DNA from: Epiperipatus broadwayi
Taxonomy: Eukaryota > Animalia > Onychophora
Assembly (NCBI GenBank): GCA_028023455.1
Contig: JAQFVV010000008.1
Span: forward strand, 5,952,001-6,016,000
Direction: 5' to 3'
DNA: 64,000 nt
The first letter of the stretch is position 1, and each line of letters opens with the position of its first letter. This document shows positions 1 to 13,928 of the stretch, piece after piece. The notes beneath the pieces were generated by a model. The model saw nothing but the letters and a program-made list of their open reading frames with translations, was not told the origin of the DNA and did no database searches. Both the position numbers and the translations under genes were made by a program.

Positions 1-739
1 AATACTTATATTGGAAAGTATTGGATTATGTTAAAAACAGTTAATCATAATCATATCAATAGAAAAAATGTCATTTAATTTTTTATTGGAACAATTCAAA
101 TATTATTCTCTTGAAAAAAAAAGCAACTTTTTTAAATGCATTTGAAAATAGGTATTTAGTTTTTAGCTCTAATTTTTAATGTATTTGTCTAAAAAATGCA
201 TTTATTTAATATATCTATAATTATATATTAAAAAAATCAAAATAAAAAATGAATTTTAAAAATTTATTTTAAAGTATTTTTATAAAAAATAAAAACATTT
301 GGATAATAACTATTCCTCTTATCAATGACATAATGAATGTTTGTCTTGAATTTATATTAAAAACTTTTAAAACAATAATAAAATAATTAATATTTTTATT
401 AATATATATAATAAATATTAATTATAATTAAAGTCAAAAGATGATTACCTGTATATTTTTCTGTTAAAATTATATTTAAACAAAAAACCTCAACAAATGA
501 ATAAATCATACAAAAACAAATACACTAAAAATACAAAATTTAAAATCATACATACAAATTTGTTTTGGTTGCATCTCTTGATGAAAAATGTAACACAATA
601 TTTAAAAAATGTCATAAAATGAATATATAAATTACAAATCAAATAAAATATTAACAGTTACAAATATTGTCACTAGAGAAAATAATTTTAATAATTTTTC
701 ATTTTCATGGGTTCATGAGCAGTAAAGTTTAAAAGTCAA

Positions 740-821
740 GCATTGGTGGATAGCTGTCTTACAAGCAGTTGTCCCGGGATTCGATTCCCGGCCGACTCTT
801 TGACACATAAAAAAAAAAAAA
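740..821 (+). mobile_element. Short tRNA-Gly-derived SINE with poly(A) tail (internally shortened copy)
   Basis: GCATTGGTGG...CCCGGGATTCGATTCCCGGCCGA resembles the 5' and 3' ends of tRNA-Gly(GCC), with B-box ATTCGATTCC. Followed by TGACAC and an A12 tail. A sister copy lies at 44505-44605. Confidence 0.7.
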
Positions 822-1249
822 GTATTTTCATATAATATGTAAAAATTTTATAAATGGATAGAAAAAAATAATCATATGGCTATCAAGAATTGATATTAAT
901 TTAACATATTTATTTAAGTTAGTTATTTCAAATCTATTGTTATCTTTAATAACAAATTTATATTTCGATATTCCAGATTTTCTATTCTATTTTCTTGGGA
1001 AAACATGTATGTATATCTTATCATTGCAATTAACTTTTCCAGAAAACTATACTTTTATTTAAATTTGGGGAGAAGTGCTATTCAATTATATTAAATATGC
1101 CCATTACAATTAATAGTTTAAACATAGTTGTGTATGTGTGCAAGTATAATTTTAAATTATGGTTTTAATGCAAATAAATAATTGGAATGATTATTTCTTG
1201 AGTCTTCATAAGAAGTTCCAACATCTTAAAAGAGAATTGGGTTATGATC

Positions 1250-1990
1250 CTCAAATCTTGAATCCCAAAATTTGCCATTTTGCCACTATACCAGATCATA
1301 CGATATATCAATAAATTATATTTGTTAATAATTTATTTAAAGAGTTTAATTTACTAATTAATGTTAAAAAAACGGAAGTTCTTTATCTACCATTGATGGA
1401 AGAAAATCCCTTAGCAAATTTACTTGTATGATTATTCAACTTGAAAATGTAAATCAATTCAAATACCTTAGTTGTTTTATAAGTAGAAAGATGAACTCAG
1501 ATGTTGAGATATAGCACAGACTTCAATATGCAGCTGTTGCTTTTAACAAAGTTAAAAGGATATTTGACCACAGAAAAATAATTATTGCAACTAAGCTGTA
1601 TATAAATGTATTATTTTATCTAATTTATTGCATGGAAGTGAGACTTGGACACCTTATCAATGCAATATAAAAGCATAAGAAAAATTTACTTTAAGGATGC
1701 TCCATAAAATTTTAAAAGTATAATGACAAAATCACAAAACCAACCAGCATGTTTTTGCTGGATATATGATGCTATTGGACTCACTCTTGTATAACATCTC
1801 TGGTGAATTGGACATATAAAACAAACAAACAATGAAAGACATCCTAAAAGAATGTTTTATGGTAAACTTGAGAATGATTTTTATGGGGAAGGGGTTGACC
1901 ACCAATAATCAAACAGGAGGTTGAAGAATTTCAGAAAAAAAAAAATGTTTTGTTTTGGTTTTTTTTTTTGCTGAAGAAATTAAAAGACAG
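1250..1990 (+). mobile_element. Degenerate RTE-clade LINE, 3' part of RT
   Basis: Translates with stops and frameshifts to KKTEVLYLP...LENVNQFKYL...DVEI.HRLQYAAVAFNKVK and, in another frame, LHGSETWT. These are typical RTE RT C-terminal motifs. Confidence 0.7.
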
Positions 1991-3204
1991 CATTTCAAAA
2001 TATAAAACAATCAGAAAAATGAATCAGTATGTTCTATATATGGACATACAAATTGGTTTGTATAATCATTGCAAAACTCATTGCTAGAGCAGTTTTTTTC
2101 TTCTTTTTCCTCCATGGAGTTGGAATGGGGAACCCATACTACTTTATGAATGGTTGTTATATGTAAGTTACATGTTTATAAATTATATTCTGAACTTTTA
2201 AAAATAAAGCCATGATAAAAACAATTGGAAATTTTTTTTTGTCATTTTTTTTTCTAATTTTGCTGAAGGGTTGTAAATTGTTTTACAAGTTAAAAAAAAG
2301 CTTTTCTATTTTTATTTTTAGTCATTAATCTCCCTATTGATCTGAAGTTGAAGTTGCACAGCTGACTATTAAAAGAAAAATCAGAAGTTGAAATGCTTTA
2401 ATAAAATATTGAGACTAAAATGAAAAATCAGTTGCTTGACTTGCAAAAAATTGCACTTTAAAATAATAATAATAATAATAAAAATAAAACTATTTCACTT
2501 AAAAATAAATTGTATATCCTACCTATTTTTGGACAAAATAATGAGAACACATGATATCTTTATGTACAATGTAGAATTACCAGAAGCAATGAGATCTTTA
2601 TGTAATTTTCATCAGATAGAATTATATAATATTATAGAAATATTAGGATAAAAAGAATCTCAAATTATCTTTAAGAATTATCAATAGAGAATTATGGTTC
2701 GCATATGGCTTATAATATTTTTTAATCAGATGATTGTGAAGGGTAAGAGAAATGTAAAAAATTTCTCATGTCTTTTAAACCAATAGTTTTCTGCATTATC
2801 TGCATGAATTAGCATATTACAGTCTTTAAAAAATCAATGTTTGTATTATGAGTTTTCATGCTCTCCAAAATATCCAAAAAAAAGTCTGTGGTTATGGTGA
2901 ATATGTTAGATTAATGATTGAACTAAGACAGATCTACCCAAATCATATCCCTTCAAAAAAGGATTCAGAGATTGTTATAATTTTTGGGGTGGCTATCCAT
3001 ATTGGCATTTATATCAGAAACCATAAAAGTGATAATCAATATGAGTTTTGCTAGACAATAGAACATTCATATTTGGGATGATTTTTTCAGTAATTTGTTT
3101 TTCTTGGTATATGGAGAGTTTTTGCCTGTTTAAAATACAGTATGTTGAAAGTTTTTTTTAGATTTTTATTACATGTGGGAATTCTCTTCCCTTGAAAAAA
3201 AATT

Positions 3205-3277
3205 CACACACACACACACACACACAAACATATATATATATATATTGCACACACACAAACATATATATATATATATT
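3205..3277. repeat. Compound (CA)n/(TA)n microsatellite with a ~30-bp duplicated unit
   Basis: (CA)n-AACA-(TA)n-TTG occurs twice in tandem. Confidence 0.9.
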
Positions 3278-5582
3278 GCTAAGTATTAAACACAGACTTC
3301 CTACAAAATTCACAATTAGTAGACAGATGTGAAGATTATATGTAAATAAGAAATACCTGACAATTGCTATCTCCTGCTGCCAAGGTAATGAAAGCCAATG
3401 CTTAGCAGGAGAAAGGCTCCTAATCAATTCCCAAAATAAATAAATAAATAAAACAATTATTTTCATATTTTTCGCTTTTATTGATATCAAAAAATTAGTA
3501 ATTAGACTATAAAAATCACAATGTCTTATACAAAATTTATAATAATATCATAGTAACATTTAATATTTATTTTTTGAAAAAAAAATCTATGGGCAATTTT
3601 AATAAATAAATAATTTCATTCATATCAAAGTTTTCCTTATTTGTAAACGTTTTGAAAATCTAAATGTGAGACTACACTGTTTCAGTAACAGAAATATCTA
3701 ACTTATTGAGATGATTTTAAATCATAGTAAATTTTAATTATGGTTTCTAACAACTACAGGTCTAGGGATTCTTATCAACCCATCTGCTATTTTGTAGCAC
3801 ATTATAATGTTGGCTATAATTTTCTATACAAGCTGACTTTTCTTTCTCTTCTCTCAACTTTTTCTCATTCCCTCTCTTTCTTTTCTTTTTTTTTAGCTGA
3901 CTTCAATCACTTAAATTTGTACAGAGTTCAGTTATCATGAATCTTTTATGCTAACAATCCTACATCTGCATTAATAAATAATATGTGTGTTTGTGCAAAC
4001 ACATTCTTATACTTTATTTACAAAAATTTACCTACATCCTTTTCATTTTTTGTATGCAAATAAATATGTAAAGTAAGAAAAGCCCTTGGCATTGAAAAAC
4101 AACAATGAGATCAGGTTTTAACAAACTTGTGATCAATAATAAAACATTTTAGCAATAGATTTGGAACTAAAGTATGAATCAAAACAATTATTATGTGTGT
4201 GAAAAACAAATATTCCTTTTCTGCTTTCTCCAAAAATAATTCAAAGAATTAGAAGACATCCAAAATCAGTCTATTTTGTAAAATATGGATAATGTACAAT
4301 CTTCAGTAAATTGCTTATTTAAACAACAGAAACAGTTGTAATGAAAGTAGTTGCAAAGTAAAGATGATAATTTGATGGTAAGAATTTCAACTTCAGATAT
4401 ATAGAATATCAAAAATTCATTAGATATGGACTCTTCAATACCTAAAAATATATCAGCACTTGTATATGGGATTTGTCAGATGGCATTATATTTTTAGAGA
4501 TTGCATTATGATGGATTCACTATGAAGTTTAACTTCATACTTTTTATTCTAAAAACTTTTATATTTAATATTTAAAGGCTAATATTTAAAGACTAATGAT
4601 ATTAAAAATTCAATTTTAAAATGACACTATGTCTAAAGAAAGATAGTGTTTATTTCTTATGGGATAATCTTAATCCATCAGTTCTAATAAATAATTGAAT
4701 TTTTATTATTGAAAACTTTAATGTATATACTGGTGCAACAGTAAAATCTTCTCAATGCAATTCAAATTGTAGTATTGTTTTTGTGAAATTAAATGATCTG
4801 TTGTTATTAAATTATGCATAACATAGATTTTCTATCAAAATAACTTTGTTAAACAGAAAAATTATTGTAAGACGGATTCATGCTCAAAGCAATATCATTC
4901 TATGAATAATATTATAGTTAAGCATCAGATACAAAAGAAATCAATATAGATTACCACATTCTGAGAGTAAAATGACAGTTGAATTTAAAATAGATCCTAT
5001 ACCAAATATAATATTTTTTTCCAATATACCCATATTTTTAATAATATTTCACCTTATAAATTCATATTTAAATAAAAAGCTCCCCCTTAAATAATTACAT
5101 CATGACTTTTCTACATGCTTTCAACTTCTACATCAAGATCTTCATAAGCAAGGTAGAGATTTTAAAGCATAAGTTCATCTACTGACAAAAAACTTAATTA
5201 AGACTGTTGGATAAATCAGAATTGCAAAAAGTTGTAGTCATTTAATGTCAGACTTTAGGTATTTTTTTAAAAAATTCATACCCATAATCCTGTTAAATTA
5301 TTGAATGGAACTTTTTTGTATGAAAATGAACATTTAAAAAAATTGAGGATGTATTTTAGTTACTTTTGAATAATGATACAATAATTTAGATGGTTATATT
5401 ATTTTTAATAATGTATATCAATATTATTAATTCAATTAGATTTATACAAAGATAACCAACTTGATAAAGTTTTAATATTTTGATTCATGAAATTATGTTA
5501 TCTTCAATTTAAAGACATTTACATTATTCCAATTTATAATAAGAGATAATAATTCTTGTTAAGCGCAATGTCAGCATGTCAT

Positions 5583-5780
5583 ATTTATATAAGGCTATAA
5601 CCTTGGTAAATGCACCTTGTGTGCTTAATTTTATTACAAGAGAGACCTCTATAAATCTTAACACAAGATTCACTCTTATTTTTATAAAGTTGAATCTTGC
5701 ATTAAGATTTGTAGAGTTCTCTTTTGTAATAAAATTAAGCACACGAGGTGCATGTACTAAGATTATAGCATTATATAAAT
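5583..5780. repeat. Fold-back inverted repeat (~90-bp arms, 18-bp spacer)
   Basis: 5583-5672 is the imperfect reverse complement of 5691-5780. A fragment of the same motif (TTAAGATTTGTAGAG) recurs near 13599. Confidence 0.85.
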
Positions 5781-8700
5781 AATAAGAGATAATATAAAAG
5801 ACTGTATTAATTATCACATAACATTATTATCCATTACAGCAAAACTATTTTTACAGATTTAATAGAATTTATTGTTTTCTAGTAATAAATAATTATTATT
5901 GAAGATTCAAACAATTTTAACAAATCAAAAAAGCATTTTAGATCATTTTTTACTGCTAAAAAATGCAAGAAAAGTATCACAGTAAGAAATTATTTATATT
6001 ATTTTTATTAATTTAATTAAAACATTTCAATTCAGTTAATAAAAAAAGTTTTGTAGCAAGTTTTGAAAATATCTTATTAGTATATATTATGTTGCTTCTA
6101 CAAGAGTATAAAGAAAGCATCAATTAATATTTTGAGTGATTACTGTTAGACAGGAATTTGTAGTATAACTGTTTTTGATTTTTATGAAAATGGACTTTGA
6201 AACCATTTATAAGTAGCTTGATGAAGCAGGAATCATTATCAATTGTATGTCTGATAACAGTATTTTTAATTCAACTAGATTAAGAAAAGCAAAAAATTCA
6301 TCTTTTACCTATTCATTTTTTATTATACTTATGAAAAAAATAGCATCATTCTTGATGTTTTGAATCCATCAGCATAAAAAATTTGATTTAACAATGTCAA
6401 AATAGTAAATATTTTATTACCCAATGGTAAGGAGAGAAAAAATCAGAAATTTTTGGCTCAGTTTAAGTTGTAGATTTTGTTAAAGATTGATGTAAATAAG
6501 AGCATTAAATATTGGTTGCTTGTTACTTCATTTAACAAGATAAAAACAGTATTTCATCATAATGATATAATTAGTAAGTTTTTCAACTTATTAGATCCAA
6601 TAATACTGAATTTACAATAAGAAGATCACATCTTTATTAGTTTGGCCTTGTAAACCAAAAGAAGAATAACATATCCCCCTTCCCCCAATACTTATAATAA
6701 ACTTTGTTTAGTATTTTTTATTAAAATTAACTTAAAGTCACTGTAAAATGTTGAGATGTAGATCACTTTCATTGGCCAGATATGATTGAGACTAGAATAC
6801 AATGGAAGAATACATTAAATAAAATGTTGAAGTCTTTCAAAAAAAAACAAAAAACAGTTTTTTGCAGAAATGATTAAAAGATTTCACCATAAGAATATCA
6901 CACAAATAAATTAAAAGATCAGCATATGATATAAGTGCTAATATTTATAGCTTATGGATTAGATTGCATTTAATCAATTGCATTATACATTACTCAAAAT
7001 AATAGACAACTGATTTGTATATAAGTTAATATAATATCATCAAATCGACTGTAAGAAATGAGATTAGATTGCATAATCATTGCAAAATATATATATTTTT
7101 TTGCCTCTATTTTTTTTTTCATACAATAAAATGGCCACACTTTTTTGTGATGGTTCATAATTTATGTGTATATATATATGTGTGTGTGTGTGTGAAAATC
7201 AGAAATGATAACTTTTTCTAATACTGTCAATATTATTCTGTCACCTTCATTTAGTAGATAGCGAGTAAAATGTAAAATAATCATTTAAATTTGAAATTTT
7301 GTTTTTTTCAGACAATTGAGCAAATTATATTAATAGGGCAAAATTCAAGTTCATAATAGATAAAAACATAGCTTCTTTTAATGTAGCAATTAATGAAATT
7401 TTATAAAGAAAAGTTCATATCCATTATTTTAATAGCCTTAAGTATAAACAACTATAAGTCAAGTATATTATATTAATAAAGAGTTTCAAACTAAAAACAT
7501 AAAAATCAGATATGACAACTTTTCTGAGCGCTGATAATATCATGGTAGTGATCTTATTTGCTATAAGAACTGAGTTTGCAAATGTAAATAATCATTTAGA
7601 GTGCTAACAAATGAGAGTGATAGAATGATACTGTCAGTGCTTGAAACAGGTGTTTAGTTTATATATATATATCATTTAACACACTGTATTTATTAATATT
7701 ATGCATTTGACTTATGTATTAAAATGAGAAATGAACTCTACCTTATAAAATTACATTCTTAGATGTATTGGAAGTGACCGAATTTATGACTGATAAAGAT
7801 TTGAATGTCAATCCTATTAATATATTTATGATTATCTCTACAAGAACTGATATTGCAAATGTAAGAAGTCATTTTAAACTTGCTTGAATATATATCAACT
7901 AAAGGTGACACAACAATATTAATAACACTTTGAAAAGTTGTCATCTCTAGAATGTACAACATAGTTTGAACCATTATTTATTCATCTTATATATATTTAG
8001 TTAGATATGAATTTACAACTTACCATGATGGTGGTGAAGTGGTGACTATTGCTTGCAATCAATTGTAGTGTTGATGATTAGAGTGTTGATGATTATCCAA
8101 TGTTTTAACAATGTTGAGTTTTTTATAATTAAAATAAAAGTAAAGAGATGGATGAAATTGATATATAGTTAGATTATCATAAGTGAATGGAAAATATGAT
8201 ATCTGCACTAAATACCTATGACATTATTAATCAGACAATATTTTAAATTAGAGTGTAAGTCATTAATAGGCCATAACAAGAATGGATGTCATTCTGTGAT
8301 TAAACTAAGGAGGTACCATGCTACCAAAATTCCTAAATATGAATTTACTTTTGCATACATGATCTGAGTTAGCTTGGGTAAAACACAAAACTCAGACATG
8401 AAATAATAGATATAGAGTTTAATAAATCCTTTATTAACAGAAAACTATAGAAAAACAGTTATATATTATAATAAAGAAATTTATAATAATTCATAAAAAG
8501 ATAATTGTTTAAATAATGACTCAAACAATTATTTATATAATAGACTAAATAAGTAATTCTGAAAAATTTTTAAAGCATGAACAAATGTACATGGGGTTTA
8601 TATTATTTTCTCCATTTTTTTATTCAATTATTTAAAATCAAAAAGGAATATTAAAATTATAACTAATATCTATTAATTATAATATTCTTCTACTTAAATA

Positions 8701-9589
8701 TTAAACTAGCAAATTCAAGTGAACTTATGTTACATGTACCAGAATAATATGAAAAATAGTCTTTTCTAAAGTCTAAGCAGATATAGATTACTTTCAATGT
8801 CTTAGGTTTTTCTTATTACTTAATTTTAATTTGAACTAGTTATATGCCAATATTTTTCAGCATAATTAATTGGCAATCCGTGGTTTTAGTTATGAAGTTA
8901 TAATGATCTTTTTAATATAGGCAGGTTGAGCTTCAGAAAAAATATAAAATAAACAATGTCATAGTTTATTATTGAGAAGTTCTTTAGAAGTTTTGAGCTT
9001 AAACTATGGAGTCCACCATTCTATTGCACTAAACCACACAAGGCATAATAATTATGTGTATTTTTCAGGGCATGGACAGTTAGCCTAAGTATCTTGGTTC
9101 CTTTAGCCTTGCATGACATTACTATAATAATCCATTTAGAGAATAAGATGTTTTGATGTAATTCTTTTTCTAATACGGTGTTAAATTAAAGTAAGTATTC
9201 TGTTAATTGTCACATTAATTCTGAAATAGCATCCTAAATAATTTAATATGATTTGCCTTTCTTTTAAAAACTCATTTTACTCTACAAACAAAAGTAGTTT
9301 TTCTTCATATTCTATTTTGAAAAATCAATAATTAACTCACTTTATAATCTGTCTCTTTATCTATTAATATAAAATTTTACATATTAACTAAAAAGAATAC
9401 ATTTAATAAAATATTTTAAACAATTTGCTTTGTATACGTTAAAATTATTTAAGTACTATTTCTCAGTATTTTATTCTGTCAAAATTTTAATCAGAAATTA
9501 CTTTTAAATTCTTATTTTATTAGAAAAACTATACATACACCTACGATCAAAATGTTATAATATATATATATAGAGAGAATATATATATA

Positions 9590-10500
9590 TGATAAATATT
9601 TTTAAAATGCGAACTTTATTTATAAATGAAATTAAAATCTATAACTGCTGTGTTCCAAAGTGCAACAACCAATCAAATCATTTGTGTAGGTTGAAGAAAA
9701 TAATAGTATATTGTCAGCTATAACTTAATCAAAAGATGATCACTTTTAATTAGTATTCAAAATATTACATATGTAATTGGGCAGTAAAGTTATAAGTATT
9801 GAAAAAGCAAAGTGTAATAACATTTTTTTAATTCTCAACAGAAACAAAGACTTTCCCAACAGCAAATCATTTGTATTTTTAACAGATTATAAAAGTGATA
9901 AATATTTTGAAAATGAAAAACCCAGTTTTTAAAATAAAAACAACCAATCAAATCAGTTAGCTGTACAGATTGAAGAAAACAATAGTACATTGTCAGGCAT
10001 AACCTAATCAAAAGAGTAACTTTTAATTAGTAATCAAGATGTTATATATGAGTTTGTAGCTGGAAAGTACAGCTATAAATGTTGAGAAGCAAAATATAAC
10101 AACTTGAATGAACTTTCAAAAGAGATTTTTGATTAGGATATAGCTGACAAAGTGCTAATTTTTTTTCAACTTTCATTAGTTTGATTGGTCAAAGTACTTT
10201 GAAACATCATAGTTATTATTTTAATTTCATTTAAAAATGGAATTTCCATTTATAAAAATATTTACCATATGAATAATCCATTAAATTATAATTCATTATT
10301 TGCTTTTGGAAAGTCTTCGTTTCAATTTGACAATTAAGAAATCAAAACTTACAACTTTACTATTTAGCTACAAACTCATATATAAGATCTTGAATGATAA
10401 TCAAAAGTGACCATCTTTTGATTAAGTTATGGTTTAGTATTTATTATTGCTTTCTTCAGCCTGCAGAACCAATTTGATTGGTTGTTGTGCTTTAAAGCAC
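9590..10500. repeat. Mosaic of direct and inverted copies of a ~110-bp unit
   Basis: The unit CAACCAATCAAATC...TTGAAGAAAA.AATAGTA.ATTGTCAG..ATAAC.TAATCAAAAGA occurs at ~9666 and ~9941. An inverted copy lies at ~10375-10492, and ~9592-9680 is inverted relative to ~10180-10266. Confidence 0.7.
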
Positions 10501-12941
10501 ATTGGCTGTTGATCAGCAGTGATCTTTTGTGTCTGCATTTAAATATAATGTAAAATCTGCTGCTCATTATCATCATGAGGCAAACATTATAAAAGATAAG
10601 AGTGAGAGATTATTGCCTTTTGTTATTTACATATAGATAAGTGTGCATAAATAAACTAAAACACATATTTAGGACTATAAAAATGTGCTAGAATCACTAA
10701 ATTCTGATCATCATTAATATTCCCGGCCATCAGGTACTATGTTTAATATCCATAAATAAACTAGCAGACATTATTGTGAAACATATAAATGAAATCTGTA
10801 GACTTTAAATGTGAGTTTCAGTATCTTAGCCCATCTAAATAAGCTAGCTTTGGATCACAATATTCTGTTGAATATATGTGTACAAGAGTAAAGACACAAA
10901 ATACTTAATTTAGTATTTAAATAACTTTACTATAATAATTTAAAATAATGATTAATAAGTTAAGTAATTAATTAATATTTAAAAAATTAAATTCTAACAA
11001 ATATTTTTAATAACATAAATATATCATTCTGATTGTGTCTTTGATATAGATATTAAATACTCCGTAGGCTGAAAATAAAACAATATATATAACATTGTTT
11101 AATTTGTAGTTTACTAATATATATAATTTATAATCGATCTTAAAACCAGCACATATATACATGTGTCTGGGAATATAAAACATTCAAATTATTTTAGGCT
11201 AAATTATTTTAATAATATATAATTCTATTTGGATTAAATGTAAAATGCTAAGTTGACCAAAATATAGACATATATATATATGTGTGTGTGTGTGTGTGCG
11301 CGCGCATTATAATATAAATAATATTTCAATTTTTATTAATTTCCTTTAAAATATGAAAAGCTAATTTATTTTTTATATATATAAATGATAAATAAATTTA
11401 GATTTGATATATTTATACCAAAATCTTTCCATTATTATTTTAAATTTTGTTTAATCTATAAATCAAATTATATTTTTTCATTTCTTATTTAAGATATAAA
11501 AAATACCTTATGGCAAATAATATCTGACCACTTTATTTTCTAAACTTAAACTAATCAAGTGCACTTTTCTGTTCATTTTCTCTAGACTTCAGCTATTTGT
11601 TCTTCCAACTTACAAATACAGAAAGTTTTGTTTTAAAAGTTCTTTCCTGGACTTTAAGCTCTTCTTTCTATTAATTAACAATTATTAGTTAATTTATTCA
11701 AAAGATTAATTTCTTTTTAAAAAGCAAATAAAAGTTATGCATTAATAGATTTAAATTTTTGTTCTTCATTAGCCGTAAATGGAATAATATGAAACATATA
11801 TATGTGTATATTTTATTAGTTTTTTTCTTCAACATTAGATTTTTTCTCCTCAAAATAGTGTGCATTATATTTATAAATATTAATTTTAGTCCTATCAATA
11901 GCCAGTTTCTTCCATGTGTGCTTTTGTACATATTTATAATAGCTTAATATTTACCACTGAAATCTCTCAAAATTATGTTTCCTTTGTCTGTGCTTCTATG
12001 CATGTGAAAATAGGATGCATATGTAGATAGTATATGTAGTAATAAATTCAGATTTTATTTATCAGCTTGTGTGCACAAATATATCTTCACTTACAGATTG
12101 TTTTACTGAAACATCTTAGTTAATCAGAACAGATAATTCAAGCACTTATATATAATAATCAATGAGCTCCCACACATTTTTCTGAAAATCCCAAAGGTGA
12201 TCAGCCTAGAGATGGCTAATAATTGCTCTTTTCAGTTAACTGTCCAAGTATTCATAACAGATACTAAAGAATGAATTTGATTAGATTTTTAATTAAAAAA
12301 ATTTAAATTTATAAATATAATACAATAGTTTTATTACATTTGTTTTATTACATTTTTATATAATACAATAGTTATTATTGTTTAACTTACATTTAACAAA
12401 ATAAAAGTAGATTAAAAAATAATTATTTTTTCTTAATCTCCTTAGTGTCGACATCTTGGAATTAACTTATATAATCGTATATCTTTTTTAAAAAAACAAA
12501 CATCTTTGTTAGGACAAAAATAGTTTTCTTTTAATTTGTTATATTAAAAACTTAGATTTTTTTGTTAAAATCAGAAATAAATAGAAACCTTTTTATATTT
12601 AATTTTAAATTATTTATAATAGGTCACAAGATCAAGAAAAAATATTATTATTCAATTAATTAATATTAAAGACATTCTAGATTTTATTTTAAATATTTAT
12701 AAAAGTAATTTTTGTTTGTGTTCATTTCTTTTTTCTATTTAAATAAATATGTATACCCACACTATCAAATTATATGTTCACTGATTTTATGTCAGAAACA
12801 ATTTATCTCAGTATATATATATTTAAAGATTAATTATTTTTACATTTTTTATTACGACTTTAAACTTCTTTTTCTTTTAACATGCATTAAATTTTTAAAA
12901 AATAAAAGAAAGCAGTATGTAACAATTTATGAACACTCACA

Positions 12942-13583
12942 CATCAATAAATGTTTTAAAAGCATAAGGTAACATCTATGCTTAGAGCTTATTTTTATAT
13001 AAACCAACCCTTATTGACAATGCTTAAATCAGGACATGAACTTATTATAATCCTTATATGGTATTTGACAAATTATTTGTACAAATTTAACTTATATATC
13101 ACAGGAATGATAAAGTTTCTCGATTTTTAGTACCTTCAATTTTGAATTATATTACTCTGAATATATTTAAATAAATAATTTGGCGATGTAAATAATTATA
13201 ATCTTGTGTATGAAATTAATCTTCACACATGCACTATTAGATTAAATTTGCATGCATCCACCCATCAATATGTGTTTTAAAAGCATAAGTGTAATATGTT
13301 TAGAGTTTACTTTTATATAAATCAACTTTATTGATCATGCTTAAATCAGGGCTTGAGCTTATTGTAAGCCAGTTATTTAAATTGACAAATTATTTGTACA
13401 AATTTAGTTTATATATCACAGGGAAGACAAAATTTCTCATTTTTAAGTACTTGCAATTTTGAATTATATTAGTTTGAATATATACAAATAAATAATTTAG
13501 TGATGTATATAATTGTAACCTTGTGGAAGGAAATTAATCTTCACACATGCATGCAAATTTAATCTAATAGCACATGTGTGAAG
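12942..13583. repeat. Tandem duplication (~320-bp unit) ending in a short inverted copy
   Basis: 12942-13262 and 13263-13550 align throughout. 13548-13583 is the near-perfect reverse complement of 13221-13256. Confidence 0.85.
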
Positions 13584-13732
13584 TTGTTAATCTTTGTGTT
13601 AAGATTTGTAGAGGTCCCTACTGTTGCATTTAGGCACATAGTCTTAAGGTTATAGTTTTAATTTAATATATATTACTTATCTATTTACATAATATTATAC
13701 ATAAATAAATGAATTAAATTTTACTTTTTCAG

Positions 13733-13928
13733 CTTGTTTGAGACTGTGCAAACACTTATTTTTGCCATTTTTGGTCTGATTGATCTCGAGCATTTGGAGC
13801 TGAAGGAGAAACACAGCTACACAGAATTTGTTGGGCGGTTAATGTTTGGCAGCTACAGTACCATAGCCATTGTTGTTTTACTGAACATGCTTATTGCTAT
13901 GATGAGCAATTCCTATCAATCCATCTCA
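13733..13928 (+). CDS. TRPC: TRPC-family channel exon: pore helix, pore loop and S6
   Basis: Acceptor TTTTTCAG at 13731-32 and donor GTAAGT at 13929. Encodes [65 protein letters not shown], containing the TRPC S6 signature [15 protein letters not shown]. Ends in phase 0. Confidence 0.95.

Noticed and set aside
3158-3490. 110-aa minus-strand ORF
   Set aside because: Open only because it runs through (TA)n/(TG)n microsatellite; no protein motif.
5524-5817. Overlapping similar ORFs on both strands
   Set aside because: Artefact of the DNA palindrome at 5583-5780.
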